A DNA stretch of 15,493 bases, from assembly GCA_046045965.1 (NCBI GenBank), contig JBJOKS010000054.1:1-15493 (forward strand), read 5' to 3'. How positions within the stretch are numbered: position 1 is the first letter of the stretch; each line of letters begins with the position of its first letter. Shown one piece after another: positions 1 to 8,523 of the stretch. The position numbers and the translations under genes are program-made. The notes under the pieces were generated by a model. That model had not been told where the DNA came from and ran no database searches. It worked only from the letters and a program-made list of their open reading frames with translations. This stretch comes from Cyanobacteriota bacterium. GTDB taxonomy: Bacteria; Cyanobacteriota; Cyanobacteriia; Cyanobacteriales; Nostocaceae.

Positions 1-342
1 TTAAACCCAGCAATTCCCACCAACAGAGAAGGCTTAATTATGGCAATTTTCCTGATTACCGTCGCCATTATTGGTAAAGTAATTACAGGTTTAGCCGTAT
101 TCGGTCAACCAGGTATTAACCGTCTAGCTATTGGTGTGGGTATGATTCCCAGAGGTGAAGTAGGATTAGTATTTGCCGGTGTTGGTGCAGCTAGTGGAGT
201 TCTCTCAAAACCACTAGGAGCAGCAATAATTATGATGGTAATTCTCACCACCTTTTTAGCTCCCCCTCTGTTACGATTCGTCTTTCCCGAACCAAAAACC
301 ACAGCTACTTTAGATGCTTCTTCTGACACATCTTTACTATAG
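1..342 (+). CDS. nhaS3: Na+/H+ antiporter (CPA2 family, NhaS3-like), C-terminal part; gene starts upstream of the window
   Basis: Frame is open from base 1 (LNPAIPTNREGLIMAIFLITVAIIGKV...) to TAG at 340-342. Contains the GVGMIPRGEVGLVFA motif and hydrophobic helices typical of CPA2 antiporter C-termini. Confidence 0.85.
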   Translation, partial: LNPAIPTNREGLIMAIFLITVAIIGKVITGLAVFGQPGINRLAIGVGMIPRGEVGLVFAGVGAASGVLSKPLGAAIIMMVILTTFLAPPLLRFVFPEPKTTATLDASSDTSLL

Positions 343-429
343 CAACAGCAAATGATGGCAAGATTTTGGAAGTCACCTCAGATTCAAGAGGAGAGCGCGA
401 ATAAGTAGAAGTAGTCTTTTTCTGGTTTT

Positions 430-465
430 TACTTGTCCATAGTTTATTATGGACAAGTATATTTT
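430..465 (+). terminator. Probable intrinsic terminator after the antiporter gene
   Basis: Perfect 12-bp stem TACTTGTCCATA (430-441) / TATGGACAAGTA (448-459), 6-nt loop, followed by TATTTT. Confidence 0.7.
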
Positions 466-1095
466 GGCCAATTTTTCCATGCCGGAAATTTCCATCATTG
501 TTTCTTTTTGGGAACTCTACTCATATATATCAGTCCGATTTGATTCATGAACACAAAGTTTTTTCAACCCGCAAACAGAAAACCTATATTTAGAGTATTA
601 ATACTTAACGGAAACTTATATTTCTCAATCACCGTCTTCTGCGATAGCCAATTTTCCTTAGTCTTTCATTCTTACCAGTATTCCTAATGATATTTCTTGG
701 GAATTTGCCTTGACTTACCTAATTATATTCTCAATATTGATCCAGTAATTAGGAAGTATCATCCGGTAAATTAACTTCATTAGTTGATCATAGTGGATAC
801 TATTTTAAATGTGAATTCAACAACACACTTAAACATGACTTTTTTCAAGAAACACAGGAAACTGGAGACTGGGGAGATGAGGCAATGGGGAGAATAATTA
901 ATGACTAATCAGTCAAATTTTAATATCAAATTTTAGCTTATGAGAATAGTCTTATAGTGGGAGCATATTAATCTAAAAATCACCAATCTAAAAATCCCCA
1001 AGTATTATTATCAGTAGTGACAGCGTGCAGATTTGCCAAAATTGTGAGATTGATATCTTGATAAAGTCTATAAAACCAACTCAGGAGAAATAACT

Positions 1096-2955
1096 TTGAA
1101 ACTACACTACTTACTAACCGGCACTGTTGGAACAGTCCTTTTACTATCTTCCTCGACTTTAGCCGCCCAATTGGAATCTTGGCGATTTGATAAAAATCAA
1201 AACCGACTAGAAATTAATACTTCCGGTGCTGTACAACCCCAAGCACAACTAATTTTTAACCCTACACGTTTGGTAATTGATTTGCCAAACACTAAATTTG
1301 GGCGATCGCAAACCCAAACAATAGGAGGAGCAATTCGTTCACTTCGCATAGGACAATTTGATCCACAAACAACCCGTCTAGTTATAGAACTCACTCCTGG
1401 TTATACTCTCAACCCCCAAGAAATCAAGTTTGTCGGCATCAATCCCCGGCGCTGGACGGTACAATTACCAAAGCTAGAACTTGAGCAACTACCACCCACT
1501 GCCAGCAATAATACTTATAATTTAGCCACCATAGATTCCCAAGAGTCCCAAACCCAACCTGAATTCTCCACCGTAGCAGCAAACATCACACCAGGAACAA
1601 CTCAGATTCAAAGACTACAAACAACAGGAGATGGGTTTTTTATTCGTACCAGTGGCGGTAATCCTCAAATTAAAGTAAATCGTAGCCTTGATCGCACTAC
1701 CATATTTATGGATATTGCCGGCGCTACCTTATCCCCACAGCTGACACAGAAAAATGTACCTATCAACGAGCATGGTGTCAGCCGGATAGAATTTACCCAA
1801 CTACGAACCACACCAACCAGTGTCCGCATGACATTGCGGGTAGATAAAAATAGTCCCGACTGGCAATTAACAAGCAGTAGTGTCAGTGGCTTGGTTCTAT
1901 TACCGACTAGAGGTGTTGTTCGTCTACCTCAAAGTATTAATCCCAGCACACCAGTTACTACCACCAGCAACCCCATTGTTACTAACTCCCCAGCCACTAT
2001 CGAATCTGTAGAATTAGCTGGTAATGGCACACAATTACTCATTAGAGGCAACCAAACTTTATCCGCTACTGGCGCTTGGGATAGGACTACTGGACTATTT
2101 CGCATCACCATCCCCAACGCTAAATTAGCTCCCAGAGTCACAGGACCTGCATTAGAAGCCAACAGTCCTGTCCTGCGAGTACGTTTGCAACCTCAAGCAC
2201 CCAACACCGTAGTTATTTTTGTCCAACCAGCAACGGGAGTCAGTATTGGAGAAATTAACCAAGTCAGCAACCAGCTTTTGGCTCTACAGTTACAACGAAC
2301 TACCCAAATTCGCCCCCCAATTAGTTTACCTCCCTTACCATCTCCCAACAGTGGTCAATTACCAGACCCAAATATCAGAAATCCCCAACCACGTCCTCGT
2401 CCCTCCGTTCCTAAAGGTAAATTATTAGTTGTGATCGACCCTGGACATGGTGGTAAAGACCCAGGAGCTATTGGTATTGGCGGAATACAGGAAAAGGATA
2501 TAATTTTACCTATTAGCCTCAGAGTGGCAGAAATTTTACAACAAAATGGTGTCCAAGCAGTATTGACCAGGGATTCTGACTACTTTGTTAGTCTCCCAGG
2601 AAGAGTGCAAATGGCACGACGAGCTCAGGCTGATGCCTTTGTCAGTATTCATGCTAACTCAGTAGGTCTAAATCGTCCCGAAGTTAGTGGCTTGGAAACT
2701 TATTATTACGATAATGGTTTGGGTTTGGCTCGCAGTATCCATAATAGAATTCTCCAAAGTGTCAATGTGAGAGATAGGAGAGTGCGGAAGGCTAGATTCT
2801 ATGTTCTCAGACAAAGTTCTATGCCCTCAGTTTTAGTAGAAACAGGTTATGTCACCGGTAGAGAGGATGCTGCCAAGCTCAGAACTACAGCTTATCAAAA
2901 TCAAATGGCCGAAGCGATCGCTCAAGGCATTCTCCAGTATTTGAAGGGAAGATGA
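1096..2955 (+). CDS. amiC1: N-acetylmuramoyl-L-alanine amidase AmiC1 (signal peptide, AMIN domains, Amidase_3 domain)
   Basis: TTG start after TCAGGAGAAA RBS; N-terminal signal peptide; AMIN-type motifs (NPTRLVIDL, QFDPQTTRLVIEL); Zn-amidase motifs IDPGHGGKDPGA..EKD, SIHAN, LVETGY intact. First of two tandem paralogues before murI, as in Anabaena/Nostoc. Confidence 0.93.
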   Translation: MKLHYLLTGTVGTVLLLSSSTLAAQLESWRFDKNQNRLEINTSGAVQPQAQLIFNPTRLVIDLPNTKFGRSQTQTIGGAIRSLRIGQFDPQTTRLVIELTPGYTLNPQEIKFVGINPRRWTVQLPKLELEQLPPTASNNTYNLATIDSQESQTQPEFSTVAANITPGTTQIQRLQTTGDGFFIRTSGGNPQIKVNRSLDRTTIFMDIAGATLSPQLTQKNVPINEHGVSRIEFTQLRTTPTSVRMTLRVDKNSPDWQLTSSSVSGLVLLPTRGVVRLPQSINPSTPVTTTSNPIVTNSPATIESVELAGNGTQLLIRGNQTLSATGAWDRTTGLFRITIPNAKLAPRVTGPALEANSPVLRVRLQPQAPNTVVIFVQPATGVSIGEINQVSNQLLALQLQRTTQIRPPISLPPLPSPNSGQLPDPNIRNPQPRPRPSVPKGKLLVVIDPGHGGKDPGAIGIGGIQEKDIILPISLRVAEILQQNGVQAVLTRDSDYFVSLPGRVQMARRAQADAFVSIHANSVGLNRPEVSGLETYYYDNGLGLARSIHNRILQSVNVRDRRVRKARFYVLRQSSMPSVLVETGYVTGREDAAKLRTTAYQNQMAEAIAQGILQYLKGR

Positions 2956-3056
2956 GTAATTTATAATAAGTGGGGAGTCAAGAGTCAGTCAGGGTTAAGT
3001 GTACCTTTTTGGAGGTTAAATTCATTTGCCTCACATATAGCAAAATAAAAAACCTA

Positions 3057-3065
3057 TGCTATAAT
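3057..3065 (+). promoter_or_regulatory. Extended -10 promoter element upstream of amiC2
   Basis: TGCTATAAT is a perfect TGnTATAAT, about 115 nt upstream of the amiC2 start in the intergenic region. Confidence 0.6.
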
Positions 3066-3181
3066 ATTACGCCATTAGCTTTATCTGGCTGCCAACACCA
3101 AGCTCAAGTGTGGACAGTAAATGAGTGAGTTAGGACTTAGATATTGACGGCTCCCATGAATGCAAATCAGGAGAAAGGACT

Positions 3182-5083
3182 TTGAAACTACAGTGGTTAA
3201 TACCCAGCACTGTTAGCACCATCTTCTTAGTATCATCGCCAGCAACGGCAGCGAGATTAGAATCTTGGCGATTTGATACCAATCAAAACAGACTAGAAAT
3301 CAACACATCTAGTCCTGTACAACCCCAAGCACAACTCATCTTTAACCCCACTCGCTTAGTAATTGATCTGCCAGGTACTAGCTTTGGTCGTCCGCAATTA
3401 ACCCAGCAAATAGGTGGAGCCATTCGCGCTATCCGCATTGGGCAGTTTGACGAACAAACAACACGCCTAGTTATAGAATTAACTCCTGGTTATACTCTAG
3501 ACCCCAACCTTGTCAAATTTACTGCGTCTACTGGTAGTCGCTGGCTCGTACAATTACCCAAGCTAGAAACTGAGGTAGTCCCTTCATCTACTTATGCTGG
3601 TGAACTAGCAGCAGAAACATCCACACCCATACCCCCTTCAACATCATTCACGCCAACAATATTCCCCAGAAATACATACAACAAGGTGACAACATCTCCT
3701 GTCACCCTACCTAACCAAGAAGTGACAGCCAATACTACAGGGGGAATAGTTCAAATCGAGAATTTGCGCGTCACAGGAGATGGTTTTTTCATTCGTACCA
3801 GTGGTGGTAATCCCCAAGTTCAAGTTAATCGCAGCGAAGACAACCGAACTATAAATGTTGACATTCCTAATGCAGCTTTATCACCAAATCTAGAACAGCG
3901 AGATTTGTTGATGAATCGCTATGGTGTAAACCGCATCCGACTTACCCAACTACCAAGTCAACCACCTGCTGTCCGCATGACCTTACAGGTGGATAGCAAC
4001 AGCCCCAACTGGCGGGCAGCAACCAACGGTACTGGCGGTTTTGTGGTGCTACCTGATCGTCTTACCAAAGTTAAAGAAAATCAATCCTCTGTACAAACTA
4101 TTAACAACTCCCCAGCCACTATCCAGTCTGTGGAATTGGCTGCTAATGGCACACAACTACTAATTAGAGCCGACCAAGCTGTATCCGCTACAGGTGCATG
4201 GGATAGAAGCTCTGGTCTATTTCGTATTACTATTCCTAATGCTAAATTAGCTGCTAAGGTCACAGGACCGGCTTTTGATACCAATAGTCCTGTACTGAGG
4301 GTACGTCTACAACCACAATCACCCAACAATGTAGTTATCTTCGTGCAACCAGCATCCGGTATCCAAATTGGCGAACTCAACCAAGTAGGAGCGCAAATTT
4401 TAGCTCTGCAATTACAAAACTCTCGTCGCTTACAACCACCTTCCATTACTCTGCCTCCCTTACCCAGAAGCCAAGGGCAGCTACCAGACCCCGATATCGG
4501 AAGTCCTCAACCACGACCTCAGACCCGTTTATCAGTTCCTAAAGGCAAATTCCTAGTAGTGATTGACCCTGGACATGGTGGTAAAGATTCCGGCGCTCCC
4601 GGTCTAGGTGGTTTATTAGAAAAGGATGTGATTTTACCTATTGGTAAAAGAGTTGCGGCCATTTTGGAGCAGAATGGCGTACAAGCTGTGATGACGCGAG
4701 ATGCTGACTTTTTTGTCGAACTACAAGGGCGGGTAGATATAGCCAAGCGAGTCAATGCCACTTTATTTGTCAGCATTCACGCTAATTCCGTTGATAATCG
4801 CCCTGATGTCAATGGATTAGAAGTATATTATTACGACAGTGGTTATGATTTGGCGGAAGTTGTTCGCAAGACTATTGTTCAGGATATCAGTACCATCAAA
4901 GATAGAGGAACTCGCAAAGCCAGATTCTATGTACTTAGGAAAAGTTCTATGCCTGCCATTTTAGTAGAAACAGGTTATATGACTGGTCGTGAGGATAATC
5001 CCCGTTTAGGATCACCAGAATACCAAAATCGTATGGCTGATGCGATCGCTCGTGGTATCCTCAATTATTTACAGCAAAAATGA
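3182..5083 (+). CDS. amiC2: N-acetylmuramoyl-L-alanine amidase AmiC2
   Basis: TTG start after TCAGGAGAAA; paralogous to the upstream gene throughout; IDPGHGGKDSGA..EKD, SIHAN, LVETGY motifs intact; longer Pro/Ser/Thr linker. Confidence 0.93.
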   Translation: MKLQWLIPSTVSTIFLVSSPATAARLESWRFDTNQNRLEINTSSPVQPQAQLIFNPTRLVIDLPGTSFGRPQLTQQIGGAIRAIRIGQFDEQTTRLVIELTPGYTLDPNLVKFTASTGSRWLVQLPKLETEVVPSSTYAGELAAETSTPIPPSTSFTPTIFPRNTYNKVTTSPVTLPNQEVTANTTGGIVQIENLRVTGDGFFIRTSGGNPQVQVNRSEDNRTINVDIPNAALSPNLEQRDLLMNRYGVNRIRLTQLPSQPPAVRMTLQVDSNSPNWRAATNGTGGFVVLPDRLTKVKENQSSVQTINNSPATIQSVELAANGTQLLIRADQAVSATGAWDRSSGLFRITIPNAKLAAKVTGPAFDTNSPVLRVRLQPQSPNNVVIFVQPASGIQIGELNQVGAQILALQLQNSRRLQPPSITLPPLPRSQGQLPDPDIGSPQPRPQTRLSVPKGKFLVVIDPGHGGKDSGAPGLGGLLEKDVILPIGKRVAAILEQNGVQAVMTRDADFFVELQGRVDIAKRVNATLFVSIHANSVDNRPDVNGLEVYYYDSGYDLAEVVRKTIVQDISTIKDRGTRKARFYVLRKSSMPAILVETGYMTGREDNPRLGSPEYQNRMADAIARGILNYLQQK

Positions 5084-5099
5084 GGGGACAGGGGACAGG
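5084..5099 (+). repeat. Short STRR-type heptamer repeat (GGGGACA x2) directly after the amiC2 stop
   Basis: TGA-GGGGACA-GGGGACA-GG read directly. Confidence 0.7.
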
Positions 5100-5184
5100 T
5101 TTTTCCCAATTACCAATTTCATATTCCCTATCATCAGATTGTCTGCTAAATTCTGTATTTTAATAGCAAAATCTAAATCAATAT

Positions 5185-6048
5185 TTGCCTGTGTATTCAT
5201 CTTCCCTTTTTAAAGGTAATCTTGACGGTTTTTCCGCTAAAGAAGCCCAACGCGCTCCCATTGGGGTATTTGACAGTGGTGTAGGTGGGCTAACGGTACT
5301 ACGACAACTCTATAAGCAACTTCCTAATGAATCAATTATTTATTTTGGGGATACGGCTCACCTTCCCTATGGTATTCGTTCACAGGCTGAAATTTTACAA
5401 TATGTGAGGGAAATACTGAACTGGATGCAACAGCAACGGGTGAAAATGGTGATTATGGCTTGTAACACCAGTTCTGCTCTAGCTCTAGAAAATGTCCGTC
5501 AGGAATTCAACTTCCCTATTCTCGGAGTCGTCCTACCAGGAGCAAAAGCCGCAGTACAGCAAGGCAAGCGCATTGGTGTTATTGCTACCCCAGCTACTGC
5601 TAAAAGCAATGCCTACCGTCACGCTATGATGGAAATACAACCTGATATCCAAGTCTGGCAAGTTAGTTGTCCAGAATTTGTCCCCCTAATTGAGCAAAAT
5701 CGGATTCACGATCCTTACACAACTGAGGTTGCTAGAGCTTATCTTGAGCCTTTACTAAAACAGGAAATTGATACTTTAATTTACGGCTGTACTCATTATC
5801 CACTCCTGGCACCTGTATTGCGATCGCTCCTCCCTGCTCATGTCAACTTGGTTGACCCTGCTGTTCATGTTGTTACAGCTTGCGCTCAAGAATTAGACCT
5901 ATTAAGCATCAGAAATAATCACCTACCAATGCCTACTCGCTTTGCTGTCAGCGGTTGTCCCCAGAAATTTGCTCAGTCTGGATTACAGTGGTTAGGCCAT
6001 ACCCCCCTGGTAGAACAGGTATACTTGACTGATGCCACAGTCTCCTAA
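5185..6048 (+). CDS. murI: Glutamate racemase
   Basis: PIGVFDSGVGGLTV, YFGDTAHLPYG and both catalytic Cys motifs (ACNTSS, GCTHYP). Start uncertain (TTG 5185 or GTG 5191). Confidence 0.95.
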   Translation: MPVYSSSLFKGNLDGFSAKEAQRAPIGVFDSGVGGLTVLRQLYKQLPNESIIYFGDTAHLPYGIRSQAEILQYVREILNWMQQQRVKMVIMACNTSSALALENVRQEFNFPILGVVLPGAKAAVQQGKRIGVIATPATAKSNAYRHAMMEIQPDIQVWQVSCPEFVPLIEQNRIHDPYTTEVARAYLEPLLKQEIDTLIYGCTHYPLLAPVLRSLLPAHVNLVDPAVHVVTACAQELDLLSIRNNHLPMPTRFAVSGCPQKFAQSGLQWLGHTPLVEQVYLTDATVS

Positions 6049-6066
6049 GTCATTAGTTAATGGTCA

Positions 6067-6119
6067 GTAGTCATTGCTCAAAATGTCAACCAATGACATT
6101 TTTATTGGCTATTGACTAC
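6067..6119 (+). terminator. Hairpin after murI, probable terminator
   Basis: Inner stem AAAATGTCA (6080-6088) / TGACATTTT (6094-6102); outer stem GTAGTCA (6067-6073) / TGACTAC (6113-6119). Confidence 0.55.
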
Positions 6120-6301
6120 CGTTCGTACATGGGGCTTGCTGATAGCGTAGCGTGGTGTAAGCCATATAAATGTAAAACCTAGATAAATCACAGGATTCAG
6201 GGGTAAAAAAGGGTAAGAAAGTGCAAGTAATAAACATTAAACACATCAAAAACTGCTCACTTTTTCCTCTAGGGAAACTATTCAAAAGCTGCTTCCAATT
6301 T

Positions 6302-6338
<37 letters not shown>

Positions 6339-6371
6339 CTATATGTCTAGCTTTGTCTAGCAAATAGTCAA

Positions 6372-6539
6372 CTAAAGACTAGCTCTTTCCTGCTGGTGCT
6401 GCTCCTGAATTCCAGAAGTCCCACTTTTAATAACACTATTTCTGCCGGTTCGCTTTGCTAGTGCTAATAATAGGTAGACTGTAAATAAATATCCAGTAGC
6501 TAAAATAAATATCATCATAGGCATATTTCCATAAATCAT
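6372..6539 (-). CDS. Small single-pass membrane protein, 55 aa (absent from the ORF track)
   Basis: Translated by hand: MIYGNMPMMIFILATGYLFTVYLLLALAKRTGRNSVIKSGTSGIQEQHQQERASL*. One ~22-aa hydrophobic helix followed by KR (positive-inside). Alternative downstream ATGs are possible. Confidence 0.7.
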   Translation of the reverse strand: MIYGNMPMMIFILATGYLFTVYLLLALAKRTGRNSVIKSGTSGIQEQHQQERASL

Positions 6540-7211
6540 TGTTCTACCAACTCATTTTTCAAAGGGCTATAAAATTACATACACAAATAGTAGAACTTCA
6601 GCTAATCAAGCTCGTTCTTGATTACTGTAGTTGCCTATGCAAAGCCACCCAGTAGAGTCTTAATTCTCCTGGTCAGGCAATTTATTATTTAATTAAGTTG
6701 TTCACAGACCACGCCTCCGACAGCAGTTAACTTGCTAAATAGCAATTTAAACCTGCGCTCCTCAGCAGTCTACCTAGTCTGCGTTATGTACCCTCACACC
6801 AATCGAGTAAGAGCTACACTGATGCTCAACATTAGCTGAAGATGTGTAGTGGCTTCCTCAATAGAAAGCACATTATCCAACTCAAAAGGTATTTTGGCCG
6901 CACTGCAAATTGTTAGGAATCATTCCCTTCATTCTGTCGGCGACTTGTTATTTTAGACTCACAAATCCAATGAGTAACATCACCTATCGGTGATTGACTT
7001 TTTTGGGAGTGAATATCTGAAAAATTTAAAATTCCTATATTTTAGCGTAACACAACAGACCAGGATTTTCAGCTAACTTCCAGACTAAATTTCAAATTTT
7101 CTCAATGTTGACACACAAGGATTGCAAATTTTCAAGCTCTAGTAGAAAACGCTCATAAAAGTCAGCAATACAGGGTTGTAGGGCATAGGCGATGAAGAGA
7201 CAGTCAACAGC

Positions 7212-7232
7212 GATAACTGATAACTGATAACT
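7212..7232. repeat. Heptamer array (GATAACT)x3
   Basis: Three perfect copies just upstream of the putative sds promoter. Confidence 0.85.
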
Positions 7233-7288
7233 TTGCGCTGGCTATGGTTTATCTTAAAATGAGTAAAGGATATGTAAACTTTCGTAAC
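7233..7288 (+). promoter_or_regulatory. Putative sds promoter with HLR1-like (RpaB) site
   Basis: TTGCGC (7233-7238), 16 nt, TAAAAT (7255-7260). Reverse complement of 7271-7288 is GTTACGAA-AG-TTTACATA, one mismatch to the HLR1 pattern (G/T)TTACA(T/A)(T/A)-N2-(G/T)TTACA(T/A)(T/A). Confidence 0.5.
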
Positions 7289-7310
7289 CAAAGTCAGAGT
7301 CCGCCCATCC

Positions 7311-8282
7311 ATGACCCCAGCCACCTCCCTGTTTACCCCTGTGGAAGCAGACCTGCGAATACTAGCAGATAACCTCACACAGCTAGTTGGAAATCGCCAC
7401 CCCATCCTCTATGCAGCAGCCGAACATCTATTCGGTGCTGGAGGCAAGCGCATCAGACCAGCAATTGTGCTGCTGATATCGCGGGCGACCATGCTAGAAC
7501 AAGACATTACGCCCCGTCATCGCCGATTAGCAGAGATTACGGAAATGATCCACACAGCCAGCTTGGTACATGATGATGTAGTGGATGAGTCAAATGTACG
7601 CCGTGGTGTACCGACGGTTCATAGTTTGTTTGGCAACCGCATCGCCGTACTAGCAGGAGATTTTCTCTTTGCTCAGTCCTCCTGGTATTTAGCCAATCTG
7701 GATAATTTGGATGTAGTTAAACTGCTTTCAGAAGTCATCATGGATTTGGCCGCTGGGGAGATCCAACAAGGGCTAAATCGTTTTGATACTAATCTTTCTA
7801 CGGAAACTTACCTCAAAAAGAGCTATTACAAAACAGCCTCATTAATTGCTAACAGTTCTAAAGCAGCTGGACTACTGAGCAACGTTTCCTCAGAAAGTGC
7901 TGAAAACTTGTATAACTACGGTAAGCATCTTGGTCTTGCATTCCAAATAGTAGATGATATTCTAGATTTCACAGGTTCGACAGACACTTTAGGTAAACCT
8001 GCTGGATCGGATCTTAAAAGCGGTAATCTCACTGCACCAGTGTTATTCGCTCTCAAGGAACAACCTTATCTAGAAGTGCTGATTGAAAGAGAGTTTGCCC
8101 AAGAAGGGGACTTAGAACAGGCGCTGAACCTAATTTCAGATAGCCAAGGCATACAGAAGGCTAGAGAATTGGCTGCTCACCATGCCAAGGTATCCGCTGA
8201 ACATATTGTGAGTTTAGAACCCTCAGAATCACGGCAAGCATTAATAAACATGACTGATTATGTATTAAGTCGGCTTTATTAG
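7311..8282 (+). CDS. sds: Solanesyl diphosphate synthase (trans-polyprenyl diphosphate synthase)
   Basis: GGKRIRP, first DDxxD motif (LVHDDVVD..RRG), KTASL, second motif (FQIVDDILD), GKPAGSDL; 323 aa, typical of cyanobacterial Sds. Confidence 0.92.
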   Translation: MTPATSLFTPVEADLRILADNLTQLVGNRHPILYAAAEHLFGAGGKRIRPAIVLLISRATMLEQDITPRHRRLAEITEMIHTASLVHDDVVDESNVRRGVPTVHSLFGNRIAVLAGDFLFAQSSWYLANLDNLDVVKLLSEVIMDLAAGEIQQGLNRFDTNLSTETYLKKSYYKTASLIANSSKAAGLLSNVSSESAENLYNYGKHLGLAFQIVDDILDFTGSTDTLGKPAGSDLKSGNLTAPVLFALKEQPYLEVLIEREFAQEGDLEQALNLISDSQGIQKARELAAHHAKVSAEHIVSLEPSESRQALINMTDYVLSRLY

Positions 8283-8362
8283 GGACTAAGGACTGGGGAC
8301 TGGGGACTGGGGACTGGGGACTAGGGACTGGGGACTGGGGGCTGGGGACTGGGGACTAGGGA
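8281..8362 (+). repeat. STRR1-type array (GGGGACT)x11, complement of CCCCAGT
   Basis: Eleven 7-nt units at 8281-8357 (variants AGGGACT, AAGGACT, GGGGGCT) plus a partial unit; the first unit overlaps the sds TAG. Confidence 0.95.
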
Positions 8363-8380
8363 GATGATGATAATAAATAA

Positions 8381-8523
8381 CCTCCTGCCTCCTGCCTCCT
8401 GCCTCCTGCCTCCTGCCTCCTGCCTTCTGCCTCCTGCCTCCTGCCTCCTGCCTCCTGCCTCCTGCCTCCTGCCTCCTGCCTCCTGCCTCCTGCCTCCTGC
8501 CTCCTGCCTCCTGCCTCCTGCCT
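8381..8523 (-). repeat. Heptamer array (CCTCCTG)x20, CAGGAGG on the minus strand
   Basis: Twenty tandem units at 8381-8520 with one variant (CCTTCTG at 8423), plus CCT; abuts the TGA of the minus-strand gene at 8524. Confidence 0.97.

Noticed and set aside
481..790. DIF1-like hexamers GCCGGA (481) and TCCGGT (762) upstream of amiC1
   Set aside because: Mismatched and lacking G(A/T)A 18 nt downstream.
6794..6932. Tiny minus-strand ORFs (MKGMIPNNLQCGQNTF*, MCFLLRKPLHIFS*) as leader peptides
   Set aside because: Too short, with no distinctive codon runs or other support.
6628..7060. NtcA-like sites (GTA-N8-TGC at 6628, GTA-N8-TAT at 6974, GTA-N8-GAC at 7047)
   Set aside because: Each mismatches GTA-N8-TAC; matches this weak are expected by chance.
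8281..8523. Possible CRISPR array
   Set aside because: Units are 7 nt and directly tandem, with no unique spacers and no cas genes.
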